Shown: in pieces, positions 1-9,712 of the stretch
How the letters are laid out: each line of letters opens with the position of its first letter
Position numbering within the stretch: the stretch's first letter is position 1
Assembly: GCA_016193315.1 (NCBI GenBank)
Contig: JACPSJ010000001.1
Location: 91,981-155,980, forward strand
Direction: 5' to 3'
Length of the DNA stretch: 64,000 nucleotides
Origin: Candidatus Kerfeldbacteria bacterium
GTDB lineage: Bacteria > Patescibacteriota > Patescibacteriia > SBBC01 > CAIJZX01
The notes under the pieces: generated by a model
What the model saw: only the letters and a program-made list of their open reading frames with translations
Told to the model about the DNA's origin: nothing
The model's database searches: none
Translations under genes and position numbers: made by a program

Positions 1-261
1 CCGGAGGCTAGCGGTGGTGGACCACTTCGATTATTGCCTCGTCGTGGTCATCGCGGAGTCAACCATGCCACGGCGCTTCACTTCCGACAGCCCCAAGATT
101 GCAGTTGCCTTTTCCACATCACCTCGGCCTTGACCAAACCCAAAAAATCGGCTATCATACTTGTCCGGCCAGAAAAACAACTAACAACAAACCCGCCATC
201 GGGCGAAGAAGAGGCATCTAGTGCTGACGAATCTTCTCGGCCCGACGGTGCATGCCACCGT

Positions 262-537
262 ATGATTTTAACGTTGCGTATTCCTTGGATGTTGGTTGAT
301 GGGTCAACCGCCTCGGCCAGGCCGGTCTATGTTGCTTCCGGGCGCTACCGAGTTGAACGCATTCCCAATCCGGTGACCGGCCAAGGGTATTGGCTCGTCT
401 TGGCCGGGACAAAAGTCGGAGCCGCCGAAGAGTTTCTTCGGAGCCTCTGCCGTCCTGAACTTCAAGATTTCTCCGCCGTCATCGAGCCTGATCCACATTA
501 TCCGAAGACATGGACGGAGGACAATCCGCCGAACTAA
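262..537 (+). CDS. hypothetical protein
   Basis: ORF 34..537; ATG at 262 (MILTLRIPW...) is the more plausible start; no recognisable family. Confidence 0.5.
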   Translation: MILTLRIPWMLVDGSTASARPVYVASGRYRVERIPNPVTGQGYWLVLAGTKVGAAEEFLRSLCRPELQDFSAVIEPDPHYPKTWTEDNPPN

Positions 538-615
538 GACCGGGACGGCCCGAAAGAGAACAATGCCAATCCAACCACCCCCAGCAAGGGGGCAGTCGTT
601 TCGTATTGTTCAAAA

Positions 616-942
616 TTACAACGCCGGTGTGGCCGGAGCAGCCGGCGCGGGCATTGACCCGCCGGTCATCTTTAAAGCATCCTTCAATGATTTTCCGGCC
701 TTAAACTTCGGCACCGTCACCGCCGGAATCTGTATCTTCTCACCGGGTTTCTGCGGGTTGACGCCCATCCGGGCCTCGCGCTTCTTGGTCATGAAAGTCC
801 CGAAGCCGGTGAGAGTGACTTCGCCGCCAGTCTTGAGCGTCTCGGTCACGATCTCTTCAAACGTGTTGAGCATATCTTCCGCTTGCTTCTTCGTGACGCC
901 GAGTTTCTCGGCCATCTTTTCCGCTAATTCGATTTTGTTCAT
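616..942 (-). CDS. hup: HU family DNA-binding protein
   Basis: MNKIELAEKMAEK...LTGFGTF...R.GVNPQ...IPA..VPKFKAGK.LKDA signature. Confidence 0.95.
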   Translation of the reverse strand: MNKIELAEKMAEKLGVTKKQAEDMLNTFEEIVTETLKTGGEVTLTGFGTFMTKKREARMGVNPQKPGEKIQIPAVTVPKFKAGKSLKDALKMTGGSMPAPAAPATPAL

Positions 943-972
943 CCTCTCACCTCCTTCCAGGAATCTTGTTGA

Positions 973-1761
973 TTAGACTTCTATCTCGTGGTAGATACGT
1001 TCGATCTTAGTCGTCCGTCGCTCGGTGACCGTGGCGACCAACCCGTTGATCGCTACTAGTCCGTGTTCGGGGATGTCGAATGGACTCCGTTCGTCAGTCA
1101 AGAATCGGGCGATGGCCATGTCTTTGTCGACGCCGAGCGACGAATCCCGCAGGCCGACCATACCGACATCGGTCATATACCCGGTCCCGCCGGGCAAGAT
1201 CCGCGCGTCGGCCGTTGGGATGTGAGTGTGCGTGCCAACTACCAAGCTAACTTGTCCGTCAAGAAACCACCCCATGGCCACCTTCTCGCTCGTCGCCTCG
1301 GCATGGACATCAACGACGATCGCGTCGACATCCTGAGGTAAACGTGGCAACCCCTCTTTCATCACCCGAAAGAGACTATCCACAGGTTCAAAGTGCATGG
1401 CGTACTGACCCAGCAAGTTTATCACATGGACCCTTTTTTGGCCAAAGGTAAAGGTTTTTTGACCCTGGCCGGGCATGGTAGCCGGAATGTTCAGCGGCCG
1501 CACCAAAATGGTCGACGGCTCAGCCAGGAGTTCGCTTGCTTCCGGTTTGACAAAGAGGTGATCGCCGCCGGTGCCAATATCGACTCCGGCGACGACGATT
1601 TCCTGAAGCGTGCTGCGAGTTACTCCTTTACCGTGAGCCAGGTTTTCGACGTTGGCAATGACCACGTCGACGCCAAAGCGCCGCCGCAAGCCGGGCAGTA
1701 CTTTTTGGAGCGCCCGCCGGCCGGGTTTGCCGACGATGTCGCCCAGGAAAAGGATTTTCAC
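973..1761 (-). CDS. ymdB: YmdB-like metallophosphoesterase
   Basis: ILFLGDIVGKPGR, NVENLAHG, DVHAEATSEK, GTHTHIPTAD motifs; adjacent to rny. Confidence 0.92.
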   Translation of the reverse strand: MKILFLGDIVGKPGRRALQKVLPGLRRRFGVDVVIANVENLAHGKGVTRSTLQEIVVAGVDIGTGGDHLFVKPEASELLAEPSTILVRPLNIPATMPGQGQKTFTFGQKRVHVINLLGQYAMHFEPVDSLFRVMKEGLPRLPQDVDAIVVDVHAEATSEKVAMGWFLDGQVSLVVGTHTHIPTADARILPGGTGYMTDVGMVGLRDSSLGVDKDMAIARFLTDERSPFDIPEHGLVAINGLVATVTERRTTKIERIYHEIEV

Positions 1762-1792
1762 GAGGAAAATCCTTTTCCTGCCCCAGCCCCAA

Positions 1793-1815
1793 CCCCTCCC
1801 CTGGAAGGGGAGGGG
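1793..1815. repeat. CCCTCC-core palindromic repeat
   Basis: cccctcccctggaaggggagggg; related copies at 20261, 35959 and 49136. Confidence 0.6.
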
Positions 1816-1830
1816 CGGTCGGGAGGGGTG

Positions 1831-3360
1831 CTATCGAGCATACTGAACGACACGCTTTTCCCTGACCACCATCACCTTGATCTCACCTGGATACTGCATT
1901 TCCTTCTCGATTCGGGCTGCGATCTCCTGCGCCATCTTCATGGCCGCAAAGTCGTCTATCTGCTCGGGCTTGACGAAGACCCGGACTTCTCGTCCGGCTT
2001 GGATGGCGAAGGCCCGCTCGACGCCGGCATATGACTTGGCAATAGTTTCCAGTTCATTGAGTCGCTGGACGTAGTTCTCATACGTCCCCTTGCGGGCGCC
2101 TGGCCGAGCGCCAGACAAAGCATCGGCCGATTTGACTACTGCCTGTTCGACGGTCTGCGGGATGTCCTCGTGGTGGGCGATGGCCATCTGCGCAATGTCC
2201 TCGGGCAGGCCGTACTTCCTCATGATTTCGTAGCCGATCTGGGTGTGGGCGCCCTGGACTTCGTGGTCAATGGCCTTGCCGATATCGTGGAGCAAGCCGC
2301 CTTTCTTGGCGACGTTGACGTTGGCCCCGAGTTCCTCGGCGATGAGACCAGATAACAACCCGACTTCCACGGCGTGCTGGAGCTGGTTTTGGCCGTAGCT
2401 GGTTCGGTACTTCAGGCGCCCGAGAAGTTGCAGCAGCCGTGGATCGAGGCCGGTCACGCCGACTTCATACGCCGCTTGCTCGCCAGCCTTCTTCATTTCG
2501 CTGGCCATTTCTTTCTTGATCTGCTCAATCGTTTCTTCGATCCGGCCGGGATGAATGCGACCGTCAACCATCAGTTTTTCCAACACCCGCTTAGCCAGGT
2601 GGCGACGGACAAGGTTGAAACCGGAGATGATGATCGACTCCGGGGTTTCGTCAATGATGATTTCTACGCCGGTCAAGTTCTCGAGGGCCTTGATGTTCCG
2701 CCCCTCCTTGCCGATGATCCGACCCTTCATTTCCTCGTTCGGCAAATCGACGACCGTGGTGTTCGATTCGGCCGACATCGGCGAGGCCAACCGCTGCATG
2801 GCGGTCGCCAGTATTTTTCGAGTTTCCGTTTCGATCTGTTCCTCGGCCGTCTGTTGCAATTTTCGGAGACGGGCCAGGAGTTCTTCCTTGGCCCGCAACT
2901 CAGCGTTTTCCATGAGTGTCCGTCGCGCCTCATCCATTGATAACTCAGCTACCCTTTCCAGTTTCCGCAGCTGTTCTTCTCGTATTTTTTGAATTTCCTC
3001 TTTCAGTTGGTCGAGCCGGGCCGACTTGTCACCAGCCTCCTTCTGTTTCTGCTCGAGCTCGAGCAACTTGGCGTCGAACAGCGACTCGCGTTTTTCCAGA
3101 CGATTCTGGAGGTGGTTCAGCTCAGCCCGACGCGTCACCTCCTCCTGCTTGGCATCGTCAGCCACTTTCAAAGCCTGATCTTTGGCTTTGATCAGCAATT
3201 CTCGTTCTTTGTTCCGGGCCTCGGCAATGATGGCCCGGGCTTTGGCTTCAGCCGACTGGGCTTCGCGGATGGCCCAGGCGCGGCGAAGAAAATATCCGGC
3301 GATAATGCCAGCCGGGATGCCGACCAGCGCAATCAGTGCCCATAAAACGGTGATGGACAT
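1831..3360 (-). CDS. rny: ribonuclease Y
   Basis: N-terminal TM, coiled coil, KH (MKGRIIGKEGRNI), HD (LLHDIGK), AIQAGREVRV; start taken at MSITVLW. Confidence 0.96.
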   Translation of the reverse strand: MSITVLWALIALVGIPAGIIAGYFLRRAWAIREAQSAEAKARAIIAEARNKERELLIKAKDQALKVADDAKQEEVTRRAELNHLQNRLEKRESLFDAKLLELEQKQKEAGDKSARLDQLKEEIQKIREEQLRKLERVAELSMDEARRTLMENAELRAKEELLARLRKLQQTAEEQIETETRKILATAMQRLASPMSAESNTTVVDLPNEEMKGRIIGKEGRNIKALENLTGVEIIIDETPESIIISGFNLVRRHLAKRVLEKLMVDGRIHPGRIEETIEQIKKEMASEMKKAGEQAAYEVGVTGLDPRLLQLLGRLKYRTSYGQNQLQHAVEVGLLSGLIAEELGANVNVAKKGGLLHDIGKAIDHEVQGAHTQIGYEIMRKYGLPEDIAQMAIAHHEDIPQTVEQAVVKSADALSGARPGARKGTYENYVQRLNELETIAKSYAGVERAFAIQAGREVRVFVKPEQIDDFAAMKMAQEIAARIEKEMQYPGEIKVMVVREKRVVQYAR

Positions 3361-3590
3361 ACGGTACGGATGGTAAGTCAGTAAAGCCAACACCATCAAC
3401 CGGTGACCGGGGATTGTGCGTAACGGTTCGTTGGGTCAACATGACGGCGTTGGAAATCGAAAATAGACTGGGCGTAGTCTACCACACTTCGACCGGACTG
3501 ACAAGCCGGCTCTTTAGAGGTTTGCTGGTGGATAAGAAAGGCGCCGAGCTGGGCTCGACGCCGGTACGAAGTTGCAGGTTGCGCTGCTGG

Positions 3591-3899
3591 CTAGGCCTTG
3601 CAGGCCTGGTGGAGTTCTCGCACTTCCCCGAGACAGGAGGCGTCCGGAAGCGACCTCCCGAACAGCTCGAGAAGGGGCGGCAAGCCATGCCTGAGCTGCT
3701 CGACATCTGCTCTGCTCAGGTCCCGCACGGTCGCCCGCCTACTCGGGTCCGGGTGCTTCACGATGTGCCTCGCTGCGAGTTCACGGAGCCGGGCGGCTTG
3801 AGCTTCCCCGCCCCCCGCCCGCTGGGCTCGCAGACACTCTGTCATCGCGTCACGAATCTCCGTCAGCTGCCCCGCTGTTGCCACTCCAGCGGCACTCAT
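3591..3899 (-). CDS. hypothetical protein
   Basis: ORF 3591..3989; ATG at 3899 overlaps the stop of a 19-codon upstream ORF. Confidence 0.45.
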   Translation of the reverse strand: MSAAGVATAGQLTEIRDAMTECLRAQRAGGGEAQAARLRELAARHIVKHPDPSRRATVRDLSRADVEQLRHGLPPLLELFGRSLPDASCLGEVRELHQACKA

Positions 3900-4134
3900 C
3901 GTTTCACTGTTTCTGTTGCCCGTGCCGTTGGCGCGGGCGCTAGAGTCGTTTCCATACGAGTCTCCTACAGGAAGAGGAGTGTTCCTCACAAAATGAGAGG
4001 AACGGAACAGAAACGGTGTCTACTTGCCTCTTACGAGGCGCTGTTCAGCAATACAGCCTCCTTCCTATCGCCGTCCGGGCGATGTGGGGCGAGGCGAAGC
4101 CACGCATATTGCGACAATCGTTGAAGGAGCCTTT

Positions 4135-4274
4135 TGGAGGGTGGGGACGCGGAGTACTCCGCGGAAGTCAAACCGTGGAGGTCTGGGCAGACGAGTCGGA
4201 CCGCCCATTTTCCACAGGGACCCGGAGGCCCTTTCCTGTCGTTTGACCGGAGACTGGCGCCCCCCAACCCTCCA
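4135..4274 (-). ncRNA. candidate structured RNA or leader
   Basis: closing helix tggagggttgggg/ccccaccctcca with several inner stems, downstream of TTGACA-16-TACAGT (4320-4293). Confidence 0.4.
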
Positions 4275-4424
4275 TTTGATTTTGTAGTGTTCACTGTACT
4301 CGGAACCGAAAGTTTGTCAACCCAGTACCACTTTTATGGCACCCCAAAAGTGGTGCTGGGTCAACTCCTAGTGGTGTATGTAAGCGAAAAACGCCCTTTT
4401 TGACCCAGCCTGGGGCAAAAAGAT

Positions 4425-4589
4425 TAGAATCCATTCAAAACCTCATTTCGGCTGCACCGGGCGTATTCGGGCTGCGGCTGGTGGCTCGGGCTCACCGTAG
4501 TTCCCACTACGCTTCGCCCTCCGCCACGGCGTCTCGCCCGCGAATCCGCCCGTTTCGCCAATGAAAGCAGGTTTTGAAATGAGTTCTAG
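4425..4589. mobile_element. MITE-like element with terminal inverted repeats
   Basis: tagaatccattcaaaacc ... ggttttgaaatgagttctag; hairpin-rich interior; no ORF. Confidence 0.55.
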
Positions 4590-5191
4590 TGTTTCTGATC
4601 GATGATTTTGTCGATCAAGCCGTACTTTTTGGCCTCGGCTGGATCCATGAAGAAGTCGCGGTCGGAGTCGTGGTCGACCGTTTTGAGACTTTGGCCGGTG
4701 TGCTTGGCCAGCAATTGGTTGAGACGATCTTTTAGTTTCAAGATCCGTTCCGCCCGAATCTTGATGTCTGAAGCCTGGCCTTCGGTGCCGCCCATGATCT
4801 GGTGGATGAGAATTTCGGCGTTCGGTAGGGCGAATCGCTTACCCTTCGTGCCAGCCGCCAAGAGCAGTGCCCCCATCGAAGCCGCCATGCCGACGCAGAT
4901 CGTCTGGACATCCGGTTTGACGTACTGCATGGTGTCGTAGATGCCGAGGCCAGCGCTGACTGAGCCGCCGGGGGTGTTGATGTAGACTTTGATGTCTTTC
5001 TGCTTGTCTTCGCTGTCGAGGAACAGGAGCTGGGCGATGACCAAGTTGGCGACGTGGTCGTCGATCGGCGTGCCGACGAAAATGATCCGTTCCTTCAGCA
5101 GCCGCGAGTAGATGTCAAAGGCCCGTTCGCCGTAGGTGGTCTTCTCGAGGACGGTGGGGATGAGGAGTTGGTTGCGGATGTCTTTTATCAT
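4586..5191 (-). CDS. clpP: ATP-dependent Clp protease proteolytic subunit
   Basis: [34 protein letters not shown]. Confidence 0.97.
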   Translation of the reverse strand: MIKDIRNQLLIPTVLEKTTYGERAFDIYSRLLKERIIFVGTPIDDHVANLVIAQLLFLDSEDKQKDIKVYINTPGGSVSAGLGIYDTMQYVKPDVQTICVGMAASMGALLLAAGTKGKRFALPNAEILIHQIMGGTEGQASDIKIRAERILKLKDRLNQLLAKHTGQSLKTVDHDSDRDFFMDPAEAKKYGLIDKIIDQKH

Positions 5192-5232
5192 ATCGGCATT
5201 AGTATAAGGGAGGCCCGATGATCTGACAATAC

Positions 5233-5982
5233 CTAGTCACGCGATTTGGTGATCCGTGATACCTGCCACATGATTTCGAACAGGTTTTTCTGTGTTTGGT
5301 AGAAATCTTCCGATTCGATGATCATGCCGAAGTTTTCCTTTTCGGTGCCGATTAAGCCGACTTTATTGTCATAGAGGTACTGGGTCATCGGAAAAACGAA
5401 ATCAGCCGGAGCATAACGCAGTGTTCGACTCTCAGTCACGCTCGTTGGCCACGTTTCCTCGATTTCTTTTATTTCCGAACGCATGACGCGTAGTTGAATA
5501 CCCGCCTTAATCCGTCGCACGACGTAATCATCCATAAATCCTTTACCAGGAATTTTGTAGAGATCAGCCATCGACAAAATCCCGCGGAGCTGCTTATCGC
5601 TAACCGTCAGAGTGTCTTCAAAGACCGTTTTAACCCCGGCCAGACCATCGTAAACCCTGATTTTTGGACGGCGGCCTTTCGTACTTACGAGCGACTTCAA
5701 TTCGGGCAAGACGGAAGCCAAACTACGTTCCTTGTCTTTGAGTAGCGCCTTAAGCTTCTCCGGTGATTCGGCGCTGTAGATGCGAGCCCGGCCCTTAGTC
5801 ACATAACTAACGAGCGCCATCGCGGCTAAGGCGTCGAGAATTTCAATCACCGTCGTCCGCGGTAACCTGGCCTTGGTGGCTATCTCCAGGGCTGTGCCCG
5901 AACCGGTTTCCAGACTAGCCAAGTAGACAACGCCCTTGTTTTTCTTCAGTCCTAACTCATCAAGAACCTGTTGGATGGCCAT
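5233..5982 (-). CDS. TrmB-family transcriptional regulator
   Basis: N-terminal wHTH (VYLASLE...[11 protein letters not shown]), PKIRVYDG linker and PLD-like C-terminus; paralog at 26445. Confidence 0.8.
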   Translation of the reverse strand: MAIQQVLDELGLKKNKGVVYLASLETGSGTALEIATKARLPRTTVIEILDALAAMALVSYVTKGRARIYSAESPEKLKALLKDKERSLASVLPELKSLVSTKGRRPKIRVYDGLAGVKTVFEDTLTVSDKQLRGILSMADLYKIPGKGFMDDYVVRRIKAGIQLRVMRSEIKEIEETWPTSVTESRTLRYAPADFVFPMTQYLYDNKVGLIGTEKENFGMIIESEDFYQTQKNLFEIMWQVSRITKSRD

Positions 5983-6177
5983 TACAGTGCCTTATGTCGA
6001 TTATTTCCGACGACAGTAACGATATCATACTTGGCTAATATAAGTAAATAAATCAATATCATTAACTTAGGCCAGTGGTTTTGTCCGGAAATGATTGACA
6101 GTTCGTTTGAATAAGTATATGCTGGCTTGTTCAAAATCGAAACCGCTAACATACGAACCTTTCCAAAGGAGACCACG

Positions 6178-6498
6178 ATGCGCTGCCTGGTAGTCATTCA
6201 AGGTCGCACCGGCGATGTCTCGGCAGTGTGTGCCAAGGAACCGATCCAACCCGAGGACCTGGCGCTTGATGAAAGAGCAGGCGAGCAGATCGTCGGCAGT
6301 TTCAAACTCAACCTCCGGGCAGACGAGGAGCGTGCCCTGGACGTTCTAGAACAGATCGGACAGGAGGCAGATTCCTTCGGCGAAGGATTAGCGGACCTCA
6401 TGGCCAGATGTTTTGAGCTCGGTCGGCTGTATGCCGCACTTCATAATTCACCGCCTCTCTTGGAAGCGTGGAAGAAAAGGAAACTGCATGGTTTCTAG
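6178..6498 (+). CDS. hypothetical protein
   Basis: AAGGAG RBS before ATG 6178; followed by a terminator. Confidence 0.6.
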   Translation: MRCLVVIQGRTGDVSAVCAKEPIQPEDLALDERAGEQIVGSFKLNLRADEERALDVLEQIGQEADSFGEGLADLMARCFELGRLYAALHNSPPLLEAWKKRKLHGF

Positions 6499-6521
6499 TA
6501 GAGACGAACCCCGCTGCCCTT

Positions 6522-6555
6522 AGGACCGACAATTCATCGTCGGTCCTTTTCTTTT
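6522..6555 (+). terminator. intrinsic terminator
   Basis: aggaccgac/gtcggtcct hairpin followed by a T tract. Confidence 0.65.
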
Positions 6556-6604
6556 ACCAACCTTGATTTTGAGAAACATAGAAAAAGCGCTGGTCTGCGC
6601 CGCG

Positions 6605-6730
6605 CTAGTCGAAGAAGGTTCGGTCGGCCCAATCGATTAACCGTTCACTCGTTTGTTCGTTGATCAGGCCGATCGTCCAAGCGATCGCTACCAGCACCGC
6701 CATGAGCAGGCCCACAACTGAATCCTCCAC
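6605..6730 (-). CDS. small membrane protein (41 aa)
   Basis: own translation: MEDSVVGLLMAVLVAIAWTIGLINEQTSERLIDWADRTFFD; one TM segment. Confidence 0.45.
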   Translation of the reverse strand: MEDSVVGLLMAVLVAIAWTIGLINEQTSERLIDWADRTFFD

Positions 6731-6823
6731 TGGTGACGAGTTCTTTTTATCTTAGTTAGCAGTGACTGTCAATGTCCGATCATCCCGACCAGATGGTCGG
6801 GCGAGGATTGCGTAGCGACCACG

Positions 6824-7833
6824 CTATCGGTCAGTCCCGGCTGGTATAATTCGCCATCCGTGTTTTGTTTCCACCAACTGGCCACGGATTTGAAACCCCG
6901 CCGCTTTCGGATGACCACCACCACCGAACTCGGCCGCCATATCGGTAACATTGACGTTCGGATCATTGGTGCGTAGGCTGGCTTTGATAATTCCGCCTGG
7001 CCGTTCGGATAGGACCAACGACAGGCGACCCTCGCGGAGACCATTGAGGAAATTGGCAATCCCGGTCATGGCCCGGTCGTCGAGGCCGAGCTCAGAAAAA
7101 TCCTGTTCGGTCAGCACGGTCGATACCAGACCGGTTTGCGGATTGAGCCGCAGTCGCGACAACGCCCGGCCCCAAAGCTTAAGCGTGCCCAAACTTTTGT
7201 TTTTCATGGTCGCCTCGGTAATGGTCCGGTGTTGGGCGCCTTTGGCCATCAGTTGGGCGGCCACCTCGAGCGAGTGTTGGCTGGTGCCCTGATTGGTGAA
7301 ATGTCCGGTGTCGGTCAGGATGCCAGTCAAAAGACAGGTGGCCAGGTAGCGATCAAGCGGAACAGCCAGTGCGTCAAACAAGTGCCACAACATTTCGGTG
7401 GTCGACCCAGCCTGGGTGTCGATAATGTGGTGGTCAACGGCCGATCGTCCCTGCCATTCGGAAACGGTCGGATGGTGATCGATATTGAGAACCTTGGTGC
7501 GGCCAGGGTTGCGTTTGATGAACTCGGCGACGAGCGGAGTTCGTTTCAAGTCGCCCGCGTCGAAAATCATAATCAGGTGGTAGTCGTGGATGGAGTCCGG
7601 CAGATCGCGCATGATCGGGTGGGCGGCGGTCAGGTACGAGAACATCGATGGGACTGCGTCCGGCGAGTAGCAAAATGGCTGCTTGCCAAAATGCTTTAAC
7701 GCCCGGGCCATGGCCACCATCGAGCCCAGACTGTCGCCGTCCGGCTCCTTGGTGATGGTTAAAAGAATCCGGTTGGCCGGGGTGACGAGCTGGCGGAAAC
7801 GCTGGGCGTGATGATGGTAAGGTTGAATCATGA
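6824..7833 (-). CDS. nrnA: DHH family oligoribonuclease/PAP phosphatase NrnA
   Basis: PDGDSLGS, NIDHH, GILTDTG.F, GGGGHPKAAG; start uncertain (ORF extends to 7870). Confidence 0.88.
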
Positions 7834-8032
7834 AGCCAGGGAATGTATCGTATCTGCTGGCTCTGGTCAACTATTTGGGTATTGACTTTTCCGTCAGGAT
7901 GTCTTAAATACCCTTGTTCACTGTTTTCTTAGTGAACAGCGCTGTTTAACAATTGTCTCGGATGGAACGTCCTGAGAAACGCTCGGGAATGGCCACTGGG
8001 ACACGTCCGCTCGGCGATGCAGGTCGCTGGGT

Positions 8033-8986
8033 TTGGAGGACGTCATGAAACTCGAGGAGCGATTTCCGCACCTGCCGAGTCTGTTGGGGGATTGCCCGCG
8101 CTGCATCAGTCGGGCCGGAGTCGATGAACCGCGAAGTCTCACATCTCCTGCCTGGTTGCTAGCTAACTTGGGCTTACTTGCCGTGGCGGTTATCTTTCCG
8201 TTCGCGGTCGTTGAGGGGTTGCGGGCAAGCTCGGCCCTGGAAATCCCCCGGCTTATCCCGTCCCTGACTGCGGGGATTCTCGTGGTCGCGCTGGAGGCCG
8301 CTCTTTCCACCTGGCACTTCCCATTCAAGATGAACGGGAAGTTGCACATACACCGCCAGGATCCGCGGAAAGAGCTGCTCGGCAACGCCGACTATGCCTG
8401 GGTCAAGAACGAGCACGAGCCGTCATCCGCTCCGTACAGGATCGAGGGCCCGATCTTCCGTTTCCGGAACGGCGGGTACTTCTTCAAGGTTCTCTACCGA
8501 CTCTTCCGGCGCCGCGACCCGAACCGCATCTTCTGGCCTTCCCACGGGACGACGGCCGACGTCGTCCAGCCCATGCGGATCTCCGACGGCTCCACCATCT
8601 ACAACGTGGTGCTGATCAGTGAAAACCCCAGGGTCAAGGACTCTCGCAACGTGCCGCTCGAGAAGGCGCTCGAGATCGCTTCAGAGTGGTGCCGACTCGG
8701 TTCTTACCTGGACCATGTCGATCAGGAGAGCGGATGGTTCCAGGGGCTCCGGCTGAGTCACGCCGCGGTGGTCAAGTACCTAAACTCCAACCGTGATCGG
8801 CGGGGCTCTCCGGTCGGCCAACATGCCCGGGAGCTGCTGGAAGTGGCACTGGCCGATCTGGGCGTCGACTTCACTGCTTCACGGGGGCCTCTGACCGAGG
8901 CGCGCGTGGCGGAGCATCTAGGGAGGCTAGAGCAGCTGATCGCCGAACGGACGGTCAAGGAAGCCGAGACGGTTCCCGCCGGGTAG
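8033..8986 (+). CDS. hypothetical membrane protein
   Basis: 317-aa ORF with two TM segments; start may be ATG 8045. Confidence 0.6.
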   Translation: MEDVMKLEERFPHLPSLLGDCPRCISRAGVDEPRSLTSPAWLLANLGLLAVAVIFPFAVVEGLRASSALEIPRLIPSLTAGILVVALEAALSTWHFPFKMNGKLHIHRQDPRKELLGNADYAWVKNEHEPSSAPYRIEGPIFRFRNGGYFFKVLYRLFRRRDPNRIFWPSHGTTADVVQPMRISDGSTIYNVVLISENPRVKDSRNVPLEKALEIASEWCRLGSYLDHVDQESGWFQGLRLSHAAVVKYLNSNRDRRGSPVGQHARELLEVALADLGVDFTASRGPLTEARVAEHLGRLEQLIAERTVKEAETVPAG

Positions 8987-9070
8987 AACTTTCAGCCTTC
9001 AGCCTGTAGGTAAAAGCAGGCGACGGTCGTGCGATGAGCATGGCCGTTTTTTTGTGAGTGCTCAGTCCAC

Positions 9071-9245
9071 AAATCCCAAGTATCCAAGGAAGGACCAATC
9101 ATAGAAATCTCAATGACCGAATATGGATTAATGCGATCAGCCTGAAGACCGAACGCAGGCAACGACAAGACTAGCGACTCTCGAACATTGGAGCTTCGAA
9201 CTTGAGTCTTCCTCGGGATTTGGTGTTTGGAATTTGAGATTTTGG
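9071..9245. repeat. degenerate heptamer-repeat inverted element
   Basis: aaatcccaag/aaatctcaa units at the left mirrored by ttggaatttgagattt at the right; no ORF. Confidence 0.4.
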
Positions 9246-9264
9246 TACTAGTGGTGGCAGGGTG

Positions 9265-9690
9265 TCAGACGGGTTTTTGGCCCGTACCCTGCGGCGCATT
9301 GGGATCCGGAGTCTCCTCAGCCAACGAATCCAACAACTTCGTAACCTGCTCCGTCCGTACCGGCTGCTCGTCCAGGAGAAAGGTGATTTTCGGCACGAAC
9401 TTCATGACCAGGCGCTTATTGAGGAGATGTTGAAGGTCGCCAATTCGATGGCTGAGCGTCGATAACACTTCATCCTGATACTCCGCCGGCATGACCGAGA
9501 CCCAAACTTTGGCGCTTTCTGCGTCACGCGCCACCTTAACTTTCGTCACCGTCACCATATACTCCCGCGGCCATTCGATTTCGCGGGCTAGCAACGACGC
9601 CACTTCCTGCTGTAGGAGGCGGTTCAGTTTCTCGACCCGTCGGGAGCCATTCTCGGCGGGCGGCTGGCCGATCGAGGGTACGAGATCCAT
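9265..9690 (-). CDS. rbfA: ribosome-binding factor A
   Basis: RRVEKLNRLLQQEVA...VTVTKVKVARD...AKVWVS...VPKITF..D; follows infB. Confidence 0.9.
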   Translation of the reverse strand: MDLVPSIGQPPAENGSRRVEKLNRLLQQEVASLLAREIEWPREYMVTVTKVKVARDAESAKVWVSVMPAEYQDEVLSTLSHRIGDLQHLLNKRLVMKFVPKITFLLDEQPVRTEQVTKLLDSLAEETPDPNAPQGTGQKPV

Positions 9691-9712
9691 AGGCGCTAGT
9701 CGCCCTGCTAGT

